The translations under genes were made by a program, and so were the position numbers. The notes below the pieces were generated by a model. That model had not been told where the DNA came from. It searched no databases and saw only the letters and a list, made by a program, of their open reading frames with translations. A DNA stretch of 64,000 bases, from the sequence record AP019418.1; one strand, given 5' to 3'. Shown piece after piece: positions 26,965 through 37,033 of this stretch (position 1 is its first letter; each line of letters opens with the position of its first letter).

Positions 26965-28491
26965 TTAATATTTCAATAGACTATTGATAAAAGCATTAGG
27001 GTCATAACGGTTATTTGAAAAAGCCGCCATTACATCACACCCTGGCTGATCTTTAAATCTGATATCTTCAGGAATATCGAAGTCAGGGAACATTAGTTTA
27101 ATATACTCCCTAACTTCTTGATCTCGTAGATATGGAATCTCCACCATGTAATCAACGCGACCTTTCCTTAGAAGTGCTTTATCAATATTCTCAGGATGGT
27201 TTGTAGTTAGAATGGTCATAGTCTCATCTAGTGGAACAATGCCATCTAGCCCATTTAATAGAGCTGACAAAGTTAATCCGCTAGCTGGTTGTTCATACGT
27301 GATTCCATTCTTCATGCACTTCTTTAATTTCCACCATCGGCGAATTGTGGTAAATAATGGATCTTTTTCATCGGCCCATTTTGAAACACCCAGTTCAGCC
27401 ATAGCATAAGCACTTATCCCAAAACCTTGATCATCGCTATTTTCATCAAAGATATAGATGGTGTCATTAAACCCAACTACAGAGTATCCTTCATAGTCAT
27501 CTTTAAGATCAACCCATGCAGACGGATATTTTTCAATTAAATCAATAAAAGAATATTTCCTCTCTAATTCCTTTATCTCTTTATCTAGTTTTACAGGATC
27601 ATTTAAAACACGATCTTTAACTGCCGGGGTATCATCGAAATCTTCAATTAGAAGAATATTACCTTTAGGTAGTGTAGTAAATGCCCGCCTAAGACTATCA
27701 TTGGTCATAGAGGCTAATGACAGTGCACTAACATTTTTATTAAAATGTGAGGCAATCGCTTTACTGATTGAGGTTTTACCAGTACCAGGAGGACCTGTTA
27801 GAACACAAGTGAATTTATAGGGTAGTCCACGATCATCGTACCATTTCCGATCAGAATAGAATTCTTCAATCTTATTAAGGAATTCTTCTTTGATCTCTTT
27901 ACGCAAAATCACCGTGTTGATATCGCGTTTAGTAACTTCAATCTCATTGCCCCAACGGTTACCATCCCAATGTGAAATAGTCAGACCCCTTTCATTTGGG
28001 CGCCAATGGTAAGCATCTACTAAATCAATAATTAGTTTACTACTCCTAGATAATCCACGGATAGTAATATCCATTTGATCTCGACTGGCATTTTGACTAT
28101 CCCGGCGTGCTTTTACAAACCAGAATAACCTACCTTTAAACAGAAAGAAATGTAAGCCAAAACCAACACCAATTTTCTGTTTAGTTGCACTATAACTTTG
28201 CTCATCAACATTAGTTGAAAAACGTCGATTAAATCCAGCTAATGGCTGCTTAATATACCATTCCATGAAACAATCAAAGTTCTTCTCGTTCAGCCCATTA
28301 CCCATGTTGGTAATATGTAGACTAACTGTAAACTGATTTAATGCGAACCTAGCTAGTTTACTTGGTAAGCCTCTTAGAGTGGTCCAGAATAAACCACCAA
28401 TTGCCATTCCGATAGCTCCACCCATAACCATATTCTTCTGAGAGATATCGATGAACATGGCGTAATATTGCAATAAGGTTTCTATAATCAT
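26965..28491 (-). CDS. BCS1-like membrane-anchored AAA+ ATPase
   Basis: N-terminal TM; LTGPPGTGKT; LLIEDFD; SGLTLSALLNGLDG; TTNHPENIDKALLRKGRVD. Confidence 0.9.
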   Translation of the reverse strand: MIIETLLQYYAMFIDISQKNMVMGGAIGMAIGGLFWTTLRGLPSKLARFALNQFTVSLHITNMGNGLNEKNFDCFMEWYIKQPLAGFNRRFSTNVDEQSYSATKQKIGVGFGLHFFLFKGRLFWFVKARRDSQNASRDQMDITIRGLSRSSKLIIDLVDAYHWRPNERGLTISHWDGNRWGNEIEVTKRDINTVILRKEIKEEFLNKIEEFYSDRKWYDDRGLPYKFTCVLTGPPGTGKTSISKAIASHFNKNVSALSLASMTNDSLRRAFTTLPKGNILLIEDFDDTPAVKDRVLNDPVKLDKEIKELERKYSFIDLIEKYPSAWVDLKDDYEGYSVVGFNDTIYIFDENSDDQGFGISAYAMAELGVSKWADEKDPLFTTIRRWWKLKKCMKNGITYEQPASGLTLSALLNGLDGIVPLDETMTILTTNHPENIDKALLRKGRVDYMVEIPYLRDQEVREYIKLMFPDFDIPEDIRFKDQPGCDVMAAFSNNRYDPNAFINSLLKY

Positions 28492-29348
28492 ACTAGCATC
28501 CCTCTGGATAGCTTAGGAAAATATTGTCCACAGATCATGTATTCACGTTCTAGAAAATCTAGAGTATGACTTTCAAATATTTCACCTACATCTTTACCAT
28601 AGATTTCCGTATACCCATTTTTGAATACGGCCATTACATAAACATCAGACATAGTCATGCCGTAGTTATAAATTTGATTGTCTCTGTATTTTGGATGAAA
28701 TAGGTCATATAAAAAACGAGTCATTGAACTATTGGCAACAGTTGTCACCCCTTTCTGCTTTAAGGCATAACGTACTTGTTTAACCACATAGTTAACTTTA
28801 GAGCGCTCGCCAAATACCGTCAGTTTATCTACATTGCAATTACGATATCCCATAACATCAGGATTAGCTATCACGGTGTGTTTTGGAACACGTACATCAA
28901 AGATAATGCCATTAGGGGATAGAATAATCTTTTCATGGTTAAATAGAACATGAAATAAATGTCGTTCTGGTTTAGTGATTTTGATACTTAACCCAATCAC
29001 TCCACTAATCTTTCTTTCTAGATCTTCTAGTGACTGCATCACCATGTGATATTGATTGAAGAAAGCATTGTTCTTATATTGATCTAATTCAAAGTATTTC
29101 CAACTTCCACGAAAATGAATAGCATGGCTTTTGGTATAACCTTTAGTTAATCGACACTTGAGTTTGTCAAACCAGCTTTCAAGATAACTCTCGACTGTAA
29201 AACCAAGTGGGTTATTATTAATAAGTTTATTGGAATATGATAAGCTAAATCTGTACATAGTTCGACGATGCATTTTATATTCCTGCCAAATAAAGAAAAA
29301 ATAAAGGGCTCCGAAGAGCCCTTTATGTATTAGATTTTTACAGACCAA
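28488..29348 (-). CDS. hypothetical protein (true start probably MHRR, about 261 aa)
   Basis: ORF track; annotated start overlaps a terminator. Confidence 0.65.
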   Translation of the reverse strand: MVCKNLIHKGLFGALYFFFIWQEYKMHRRTMYRFSLSYSNKLINNNPLGFTVESYLESWFDKLKCRLTKGYTKSHAIHFRGSWKYFELDQYKNNAFFNQYHMVMQSLEDLERKISGVIGLSIKITKPERHLFHVLFNHEKIILSPNGIIFDVRVPKHTVIANPDVMGYRNCNVDKLTVFGERSKVNYVVKQVRYALKQKGVTTVANSSMTRFLYDLFHPKYRDNQIYNYGMTMSDVYVMAVFKNGYTEIYGKDVGEIFESHTLDFLEREYMICGQYFPKLSRGMLV

Positions 29349-30202
29349 CTTTGCTCGAATTCCTGATATAGGAAATTGTCTGACGCATTATCCCAATTTT
29401 CTCGATCAGTTACACCATAATAATGGAATTCTAGTTCAGTAGGTCCACCAACAAAACCATTCTTAGCATAGCTATAAACTTTGCCATTGGTTAGCTTAAT
29501 CAGTGTATCCACATAGAAACTATTACGGTTCCATATTTCATTGTGGATGTACTTAAATACCACACTGTGGATATACTTAAATTGCGCACTTGGTTTTCCG
29601 AGTACACTCCAATAGAATTTACGGATACCTATTTCGGTCTTGAAATTAAACTCTCCGTTGCGAATGTTGTTAGAAACAATACGTGCCAGTTTATTAACCC
29701 GATTTTCTTCACCGATTAGATAGATCCCGGAAACACTACATCCATCTCCTATTGATCCATTATTAACTAGTGGATCAACACCATATTCATCAGTGAAAAT
29801 GGTTTTGATAACCTCTTTACCTTCTCGACGCACTAACATATTCAGGTGACCATCTTCGATATATGACATATGGCTAGGCTGAATATATTCACTTGTATCG
29901 ACGATAACATCATTCGCCATTACATTAAACTGTAGATGGTTTACCAGATCACTAATACCTTTAAAACGAATGGCTTGGTTCGCTGTATTTAGATCGACAT
30001 ACACCACGACATCAATAATGCCTTGTTTTAGTGATTTGTCATCTTTGTCAGTAGTTGTATCAATTTTTACGTAATTTTGATATAGTTCACTAAAACAAGA
30101 TATGATGTCATCATGTAGTTTAATTACATCAGATCCATTTCGTTCAAGCGCTTTAAGCGATACGTTAAAACCAATACGAATTTTATTAGAACGACGTGCC
30201 AT
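29330..30202 (-). CDS. hypothetical protein (290 aa)
   Basis: AGGTG RBS. Confidence 0.75.
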   Translation of the reverse strand: MARRSNKIRIGFNVSLKALERNGSDVIKLHDDIISCFSELYQNYVKIDTTTDKDDKSLKQGIIDVVVYVDLNTANQAIRFKGISDLVNHLQFNVMANDVIVDTSEYIQPSHMSYIEDGHLNMLVRREGKEVIKTIFTDEYGVDPLVNNGSIGDGCSVSGIYLIGEENRVNKLARIVSNNIRNGEFNFKTEIGIRKFYWSVLGKPSAQFKYIHSVVFKYIHNEIWNRNSFYVDTLIKLTNGKVYSYAKNGFVGGPTELEFHYYGVTDRENWDNASDNFLYQEFEQSWSVKI

Positions 30203-30243
30203 GGTTATATCACCTATGTTAAATTAATGAATTATTTATTCAA

Positions 30244-30606
30244 TTACCGTACTACATCTGTGATTAGAATAAGTTCACCATCACTATTGATAACACTATA
30301 GCTTTTTACAATTTCGATGCGCTTACTAATAATCTTATTCTCTAGATCTACTTTTACGATATTAACACGAATTACCTTATTCGATTGATCATGCATTTCT
30401 TTAAAAATGCATTCGATATTTTTACCAATGACAGCTTTTAATTTTTCAATGCTGTCAATGGATGAATATTTAAAACTATATGCTTCTGCCAGGGTTTTTG
30501 CATTACCCACAACCGTAGTTAGGGTACCCCAATAATCATAAACATACAACGCAGTATCACTATTGGGATTATCGATAATTTCAATTATAAAATCCACTTG
30601 TATCAC
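30244..30606 (-). CDS. hypothetical protein (120 aa)
   Basis: AGGAG RBS, GTG start; follows early promoter 30634-30641. Confidence 0.75.
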   Translation of the reverse strand: MIQVDFIIEIIDNPNSDTALYVYDYWGTLTTVVGNAKTLAEAYSFKYSSIDSIEKLKAVIGKNIECIFKEMHDQSNKVIRVNIVKVDLENKIISKRIEIVKSYSVINSDGELILITDVVR

Positions 30607-30661
30607 TCCTATTAGTTTATTGATAGTACACTTGTAATATAGATCTTAAATAAATTATGAT

Positions 30662-31126
30662 CTAACCATTTAAAATAGATAAAGCCTCTATATGCCAATG
30701 GTGTATTAGTTCTTCTTTACTAATAATATTATTGAAGTAGTTTAACCGATGTGATACCATTAATTTAGAATACATATCGACTTCACTACTTACCTTAATC
30801 ACCCCAGTCTCTAATAATTGCAGAGAGCCAACATACGCAAATAAAGTTGGTTTTAAATACCAGTGTTCCCTATATTGTTTTTGATCAGGTACATTTCCTA
30901 TAATGTAGTCAGTAGAATTACTTCGGTATGCGTAAATAGTTGATTTAGAACCAAGTAAATTAAGATCGATATCATAACTCCCGCTTTTAGCTGCAATACA
31001 TTCAATAACTGATGGGGCCACACATATACGGTTGGTTACACTGTCTTCGCCATCAGCTCTATTACTTGGAATATATGGCCTTAATAAAACATAATCCCCA
31101 AGGTATACTGTCGATATGTGATACAT
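30662..31126 (-). CDS. hypothetical protein, possible ADP-ribosyltransferase-like fold
   Basis: MYHIS...LRPYIP...ED...RICVAPSV pattern. Confidence 0.4.
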   Translation of the reverse strand: MYHISTVYLGDYVLLRPYIPSNRADGEDSVTNRICVAPSVIECIAAKSGSYDIDLNLLGSKSTIYAYRSNSTDYIIGNVPDQKQYREHWYLKPTLFAYVGSLQLLETGVIKVSSEVDMYSKLMVSHRLNYFNNIISKEELIHHWHIEALSILNG

Positions 31127-31141
31127 AATTAACCTATTTAA

Positions 31142-31669
31142 TTAAAACAGATAACGCTCTGTTACTGAACGATATTGTGACATGATGTTTAATGGATCAA
31201 CATCCACTGGTGCTTTAGTGACAGTTAAGCGAGCACCTTTTAAAAATTCACCAATATCTAATTTCCTTACAGTAACATCATGGATAGTGTTTTTCGTAAT
31301 CCACTCAGTATCAATGCTATTGTGAGGATTATTATTCTTAATCCATTTGTCAGAGTCCCTAAATGGAATGGTATAAACATACACAACCATTTTTAAAATA
31401 TCACTTTTATCGATATTATTTTGACAATAGATTGTAATATCCCTATCAACAGTAGCATATCTATCACTATCAAATAACTTTTCGATAGCGCTACCAATAC
31501 CTAAATAAGATGCATCTTTTTCAGATGACGTTGCATATAGGTATTGGTTAGACTCAATACCATCCCACATAACAAGTTCACCAGATCTTTTAAATCCTGG
31601 CATTAATTCATCTTGTTTATAAAGAGAACCATGGTAAAGTAATTCTGGTTTATTCATAATAAAATCCAC
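31142..31669 (-). CDS. possible ADP-ribosyltransferase-fold protein
   Basis: LYHGS...LMPG...YLYATS...VYVY...TEW, resembling Arr/ART-type motifs. Confidence 0.45.
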   Translation of the reverse strand: MDFIMNKPELLYHGSLYKQDELMPGFKRSGELVMWDGIESNQYLYATSSEKDASYLGIGSAIEKLFDSDRYATVDRDITIYCQNNIDKSDILKMVVYVYTIPFRDSDKWIKNNNPHNSIDTEWITKNTIHDVTVRKLDIGEFLKGARLTVTKAPVDVDPLNIMSQYRSVTERYLF

Positions 31670-31703
31670 TATGCTTTATAAGAGTTATGGTTATCAATTA
31701 ACT

Positions 31704-32060
31704 TCAAGGTAGTAGTGTGGCAGTATTGAAGTGATTGGTTACTGCTTCGATCAGCATTTGCTCGATGTTGATTTTGTAGTATTCTGGTTCTTCGTTCAAT
31801 TCCCAAATAATAGTCGCACGTAATAGTGCAGGTGCTATGAATCTAACTACCTTACCATGTGTGTCAAACTCTACATTGAACATTGCATATTGTTCAGTAG
31901 TATGATTTTTATAGAAAATGAAATTACCAGCGTAACTGCGAACCTCTATTTCACCATGAATACTGGAGTAGGTTTCCTGGTGGAATACTTTACCTTTAAG
32001 GCGTGTATTCTCTTCAATGATATTTACCAATTCTTTCAATTTGTCTTTATCTAGTTGCAT
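31704..32060 (-). CDS. hypothetical protein (118 aa)
   Basis: ORF track. Confidence 0.75.
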   Translation of the reverse strand: MQLDKDKLKELVNIIEENTRLKGKVFHQETYSSIHGEIEVRSYAGNFIFYKNHTTEQYAMFNVEFDTHGKVVRFIAPALLRATIIWELNEEPEYYKINIEQMLIEAVTNHFNTATLLP

Positions 32061-32100
32061 TTGTAGGTTCCTATTAATAAATGTATACGATGGATATCTT

Positions 32101-32463
32101 TTACGATTTCCGGTGCTTATCCATATCTAGTTTTATATCAGTATATATCTTGAATCTATTAGATAGGCTATCCATATCTACGCGCAATGCCCGAATATGC
32201 ATATCAGTATCTTTTGGTTTACCTTCAGACTCCCATACAGCTTCTGCGATAACAAATGCTACATTGTTCAAATAGTATTCGACTTCATGTTCATCGAGTA
32301 AAAGAGCATCATGGAAACCAATACGTGATAAAATGGCATAATCACGCTGATTAACATCTCTCCAACCTTTACGTACTAAATAACTTTTACCAATTCCACC
32401 TTTGCCACTTTCACTAATAATTTCTACAATGAACTTATCATGCCATTTATAATCCACAATCAT
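32101..32463 (-). CDS. hypothetical protein (120 aa)
   Basis: AAGGAG RBS. Confidence 0.75.
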   Translation of the reverse strand: MIVDYKWHDKFIVEIISESGKGGIGKSYLVRKGWRDVNQRDYAILSRIGFHDALLLDEHEVEYYLNNVAFVIAEAVWESEGKPKDTDMHIRALRVDMDSLSNRFKIYTDIKLDMDKHRKS

Positions 32464-32470
32464 TACTCCT

Positions 32471-33004
32471 TTATTTAATCAGCTCCATCACTAGAGGAAT
32501 GGATAGGCTTATGCCATTAGCCATTTTAGCTAGGATACTATGGACATCGTTTGCTTCTTGGACATTGGTGCAAGGTATAGAGATAGCGTCACCATAGTAA
32601 GGACTGTAGTTAATACGGTTGCCATATACACCACTTACAAAACTATAATCTAATCCATCCGTAGTGGTCATAATAACTACAACATGATCATCCCCAACCA
32701 TACCGGATTCCAGATAGTCACATAGTTCCAGTTTTTGTTGCATACCTCGTTGACAGATCCACACTTCATGGTATCGATGATAGGGATATGGGGCACATGC
32801 TACATCATTTTCACTAACGAAGTACATAGTCCCCCAGTTGTAAGATTGGAATTGGGTTGTTTGTTTATGGGCTTCCCATACCTCCTCCATACAAAAGGTA
32901 TGTTTATTAACCCATAGACCATCGTTATTAAGACTATCAACGATTCCATCGCGAACACGTACTACACGAAGTGTTTTTGCCATTTTTAATACCCCTGAAT
33001 TCAC
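32471..33004 (-). CDS. hypothetical protein (177 aa)
   Basis: ORF track. Confidence 0.7.
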   Translation of the reverse strand: MNSGVLKMAKTLRVVRVRDGIVDSLNNDGLWVNKHTFCMEEVWEAHKQTTQFQSYNWGTMYFVSENDVACAPYPYHRYHEVWICQRGMQQKLELCDYLESGMVGDDHVVVIMTTTDGLDYSFVSGVYGNRINYSPYYGDAISIPCTNVQEANDVHSILAKMANGISLSIPLVMELIK

Positions 33005-33015
33005 GGAGGAATCAC

Positions 33016-33477
33016 TCAGTAAACACCATTAACAATAGCCTCGCGGAAACGAGACCATTCGGTTTGTCCAATTGCGAATACACGTTCTTTAGGGCGCCAT
33101 AGATGATCACCGCAGTCAAGACCCAAGTAAAGCATATTGGCTTTCCAATGATTGCGATGAACACGTAAATTAGCTGACGTACTGAACTCACGCATTACTT
33201 CTTTTACATTAAGATGAGTTAGTGTATCGCTAATCATACCTGACAAACTGATACCAATTGCTTTACGAACTCGGATCAGATCGGCAGTCATTTTACGCCA
33301 AGTTATCAGATGTTCATAGTACTCATCTGGTGTCATGTTGTTTTTATAGTTCAATGCACCTGGAGTCATTGACATCCAGTTAGTGAATTGCGATGTCATG
33401 TAATACATCCAATCACTATTATGACGGAGTTCTTTAAGCTTCTCTTGTATTACGATGTTAGTAGTTGCTTTGGGCAT
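33016..33477 (-). CDS. hypothetical protein (153 aa)
   Basis: GAGGG RBS. Confidence 0.75.
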   Translation of the reverse strand: MPKATTNIVIQEKLKELRHNSDWMYYMTSQFTNWMSMTPGALNYKNNMTPDEYYEHLITWRKMTADLIRVRKAIGISLSGMISDTLTHLNVKEVMREFSTSANLRVHRNHWKANMLYLGLDCGDHLWRPKERVFAIGQTEWSRFREAIVNGVY

Positions 33478-33507
33478 TATTAATCCCTCAGGGCTTGATG
33501 GATGAAG

Positions 33508-33615
33508 TTACTTTAGACAATTAGCGAAAAACTTCGGACGATGTACCTTCAACTATTTAACGAACTTATCCAGTCCGGCTTCACGCACGAGCTTTTGTTC
33601 CTTAGACTTAGCCAT
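33508..33615 (-). pseudogene. 35-codon frame interrupted by in-frame TAG
   Basis: MAKSKEQKLVREAGLDKFVK*LKVHRPKFFANCLK*; start coupled to upstream stop. Confidence 0.35.
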
Positions 33616-34045
33616 TTACGTATCCCTCGTCAGATACATAAGTGCGTTCAGGGCTGAATACATACTTGATTTTATTGATCACAGCTGTAATATAAACCTG
33701 ATATTCTTTTGAAATAGATTCCATCAGTTCAATAGATACGGAATTTGAACTCTGAATAAGCTTACTTACCTTCTCTAGTTCATCAAGGTCACTACCGCAA
33801 ATTATACCAACATCACTGAAGCTGATAACTGGATAGTGTTTCCAAATATAAGAACGCAGTTTACCAAGATGAATTACTTGAATTGTTTCATCGCACCATT
33901 GTTTCTTTTTCTTATTGTAGTATTTAACATGACGTTCGATGAAGACGCGATTACCAGAAACAGAGGGGTATGTATTCAGTGCATAACCATACGTATGGGC
34001 GGTGTTATTTGGATCTTGTCGCCATTTTGGAATAAATGCTTTCAT
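33608..34045 (-). CDS. hypothetical protein (145 aa)
   Basis: AAGGA RBS. Confidence 0.75.
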   Translation of the reverse strand: MKAFIPKWRQDPNNTAHTYGYALNTYPSVSGNRVFIERHVKYYNKKKKQWCDETIQVIHLGKLRSYIWKHYPVISFSDVGIICGSDLDELEKVSKLIQSSNSVSIELMESISKEYQVYITAVINKIKYVFSPERTYVSDEGYVNG

Positions 34046-34103
34046 TTGTATTTTCCTTTTTACGAAATAGAAGCCCTCCCGAAGGAGGGCAATTATACTA
34101 TTA

Positions 34104-34418
34104 TTAAATTACGTATCTAGCTACTTCTTTTAATTTCTCGCCGGGCGTGGCCAGATAATCGACATTATATTTAATAGCAATTACACCAACGTGTTCTTTT
34201 CTCAATAGTTGTTCTACCTGATCACATAATTTATAAATAGTTCCATCTTCTACATCTTCGTATAATGGATATTGGCTATAAATATTATCAGGTGTAAGTA
34301 CAGACAGTTTCAATTCCCCGTCTTTATCAATGACTGGGTGATATGTCTGTTTAAGACCTTTACAATGATAGTGATAGGTAATGCGCTGCTGTTTAGTGGT
34401 CATGTAAAGATACCTCAA
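34104..34418 (-). CDS. hypothetical protein (about 99-104 aa)
   Basis: ORF track. Confidence 0.7.
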   Translation of the reverse strand: MRYLYMTTKQQRITYHYHCKGLKQTYHPVIDKDGELKLSVLTPDNIYSQYPLYEDVEDGTIYKLCDQVEQLLRKEHVGVIAIKYNVDYLATPGEKLKEVARYVI

Positions 34419-34936
34419 ATAAACCGTTGGGTAGTTCCGTCTTTAAAGACAGTTAGTTGATTAACATCTTTCAATGAATTATCTGCAATATTCTTAGCCA
34501 ATAGCAGTAGATCATTGTGATATGTTTTAATGAGAACTTTAAGCCTCTCCCTCTGTTTATAGCGGAAACCTTTATTAATCACAGTAACTCCATCCGGGTT
34601 ATTTTTATAATTCAGTACAGTGATTGGTGTATTCGGTACAAAGACAGCTAACTCATCATCGAATACAATATAAACCATCACTTTATAATTATTAACCGAT
34701 TCTTGGAATTGTTGTGTGATTACATTATAGTCTTTTGTGCGATGACTAAGAAATAGCTCTCTATTAGCTCGGCAGAAACTATGTCGTGCTTCTTTATCAG
34801 CACTCATAACAGCGATACCACGGATAATGAATTTATTATCTAAGGTATATTTTCTTTGAGACATTGCATAATCGACTACATCAACATCACCGCCGAATAG
34901 TACGGCATTTTCACCATATCCACAAATAAGAGCCAT
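34415..34936 (-). CDS. hypothetical protein (173 aa)
   Basis: ORF track. Confidence 0.75.
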   Translation of the reverse strand: MALICGYGENAVLFGGDVDVVDYAMSQRKYTLDNKFIIRGIAVMSADKEARHSFCRANRELFLSHRTKDYNVITQQFQESVNNYKVMVYIVFDDELAVFVPNTPITVLNYKNNPDGVTVINKGFRYKQRERLKVLIKTYHNDLLLLAKNIADNSLKDVNQLTVFKDGTTQRFI

Positions 34937-34950
34937 TTATAATTACCTGT

Positions 34951-35310
34951 TTAAAAATTATATTCAATAAATTGGAGAGTGAATAGTTCACTACATTCCC
35001 ATGTACGACTTGCTAATTTATATTTACCTTTAACAGGTAAGTCATATTCATGTAATGCCTTTTCTACTGAACCTGCCTCATGATTGGCTAATAGCACCTG
35101 TCTAGCTTTTATGATTTCTGAGCAATTAACTAACTCATAATCATCTCGCTTTGGTGTCCAAATGGCAACATTGGTGCCTGGCTTTCTAGCATACCAGAGT
35201 ACATCATGGCCCTCTGGATTAATAATAGAGATGTATAGCTGACGTGCAGCGGGTAACCATAAGTTACGTGGATCATATTCTCCATTAACATCAAAGAATT
35301 TAAATATCAT
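34951..35310 (-). CDS. hypothetical protein (119 aa)
   Basis: ORF track. Confidence 0.75.
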   Translation of the reverse strand: MIFKFFDVNGEYDPRNLWLPAARQLYISIINPEGHDVLWYARKPGTNVAIWTPKRDDYELVNCSEIIKARQVLLANHEAGSVEKALHEYDLPVKGKYKLASRTWECSELFTLQFIEYNF

Positions 35311-35546
35311 AGAGTTGGAACCGGTTTTGATGGATCAGCAATTAATGCAGATTCATCTACATAAACCATTGCAAAGTTTTCACCTTCTTTACGAATACCA
35401 GTAGAAGGTGTTTTCGATGGATCATAGACGATGATCTGACACTGCTGCCCAGCTGTTAAATAAGTTGGACCAGTTAATGCATTGGGTTTTGGGTGAGGGA
35501 TATCAATTTTAGTAATACAATATTGACCAGTACGAAACTCACGCAT
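35307..35546 (-). CDS. small SH3-like hypothetical protein (79 aa)
   Basis: GAGG RBS; FRTGQYC...LTAGQQCQII beta pattern. Confidence 0.6.
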   Translation of the reverse strand: MREFRTGQYCITKIDIPHPKPNALTGPTYLTAGQQCQIIVYDPSKTPSTGIRKEGENFAMVYVDESALIADPSKPVPTL

Positions 35547-35558
35547 TATATTAACCTC

Positions 35559-36245
35559 TTAATGAATAATTGCGGTAGAAGGACGACATGTCATAGTTTT
35601 GAAAATATCTGTCGGATAGATATTGCCAGCCTGCCCAAATGGTTTATCTGCTAAAAGAAATTGTGGACAAACTGTTTGTAGGTAACCACTATCGGTGGGT
35701 AGAAATCCTTCAATGTCACTGATTAGAATTTGCCAGATCGGTAATTGGTTATAATAGTCATCCATATTGTAATATGCATGTAGTTTACCACCAAAACCAT
35801 AAACAAATTGATGCGCATCGATTGGACGAATACCAAACTTCGGTTGCCGACCCATTCGTTGATCTTCTTCGAATGCACTTAGAAGATCTGCAATTTCTAC
35901 ACCACCTGTAATTTGCTTAACTTCTTTTAATTTTTCAAAAATGGCATAGATAGTGTTAATAGCTGATTCCTTAGTAATACAGGCAGTGATTACTAGTTCA
36001 GGAAACAGGGAATCTTCTTTATTACATCCGCACGTGTAATATACAACATTCGAACCAATATCACCATCTCGTTCAAGCACAATAAATGGTTGTTTGGACC
36101 GCTTCATTTGTTCTTCGATTTGCTTTCGACTATTTTCACGAATAGCTGAATATTCATAACTAGTCTTAAAAATAGGTGCTTTATAGTCTGTTCCTTTCGG
36201 CTCTACTAAATCACTTGCCGATTTGATAACTAACGGATTACTCAT
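35559..36245 (-). CDS. hypothetical protein (228 aa)
   Basis: AAGGA RBS. Confidence 0.75.
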   Translation of the reverse strand: MSNPLVIKSASDLVEPKGTDYKAPIFKTSYEYSAIRENSRKQIEEQMKRSKQPFIVLERDGDIGSNVVYYTCGCNKEDSLFPELVITACITKESAINTIYAIFEKLKEVKQITGGVEIADLLSAFEEDQRMGRQPKFGIRPIDAHQFVYGFGGKLHAYYNMDDYYNQLPIWQILISDIEGFLPTDSGYLQTVCPQFLLADKPFGQAGNIYPTDIFKTMTCRPSTAIIH

Positions 36246-36290
36246 TGTATATTTCCTTTTCTTATATAAGAAAGGGAGGTATTACCCTCC

Positions 36291-36626
36291 CTAGTTAAGC
36301 ATTAGATATTTAGGTTCAGTAGTGGCTCGGATCTTGGCAATAAGAGCTTTCTGATCGCTAACCTTACTAATGGGATATTCTAATAAACGTAAATCCATAT
36401 CCCGATGTACTAAACCTAACATCGCCTTATTTTGATGACTATTATTACGTAATGCAGCGATATGTTTATCAACTTCATTACTAACAGTCTTTGAAAGTCC
36501 TACCAAATACTTCCCAGTTGCAATGTGTTCAATAACGTAAACACCTGCTCCAACTATTTCGCTTCTTTTCCCACGACCGTGCGAAGTACTTGACCAACTA
36601 TAACACTTATCATCAACTATAAACAT
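36291..36626 (-). CDS. stand-alone GIY-YIG-like domain protein, probably degenerate
   Basis: GVYVIEHIATGKYLVG...H...L.NNSHQN...terminal LN. Confidence 0.65.
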   Translation of the reverse strand: MFIVDDKCYSWSSTSHGRGKRSEIVGAGVYVIEHIATGKYLVGLSKTVSNEVDKHIAALRNNSHQNKAMLGLVHRDMDLRLLEYPISKVSDQKALIAKIRATTEPKYLMLN

Positions 36627-36669
36627 GGCTAATTCCCGTCCTATAACTATCTAATTGGACGGTCAAGTA

Positions 36670-37032
36670 TTAGCTACCAGTCCATGAATACTTATCATAA
36701 ACTAACCACATTGAATGGATCTTATTGATGATATTAAAAATAGGTTCTTGGACCTCTTCAAAATCACCTAGATCAGCTGCCAGATTGGCCATATATTGGA
36801 ATAGCCACTCAGTTGATACATCTACTAGATTGGTGAATGGAATACTGGCATATGGGATTTGCTTTGACATACCAAACTGATAAATTTTAGCAAACCATAC
36901 ATCCAGCATTGCAACATCTGCTTTAAGCATCCAATTAATTTCAGCCGGATGTGCACCATAGGTGATGTTAAACAAATCACCAGTAACTGTTTTAACCAGC
37001 ATCTCTATTTCAGCAGAATTAAATTCAATCAT
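36670..37032 (-). CDS. hypothetical protein (120 aa)
   Basis: ORF track. Confidence 0.75.
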   Translation of the reverse strand: MIEFNSAEIEMLVKTVTGDLFNITYGAHPAEINWMLKADVAMLDVWFAKIYQFGMSKQIPYASIPFTNLVDVSTEWLFQYMANLAADLGDFEEVQEPIFNIINKIHSMWLVYDKYSWTGS

Positions 37033-37033
37033 C

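Noticed and set aside
28488-29348. N-terminal extension of the 286-aa ORF, and similar extensions at 16096, 25950-26060 and 42549-42650
   Set aside because: The extensions cross terminators, promoters or upstream genes; internal starts fit better
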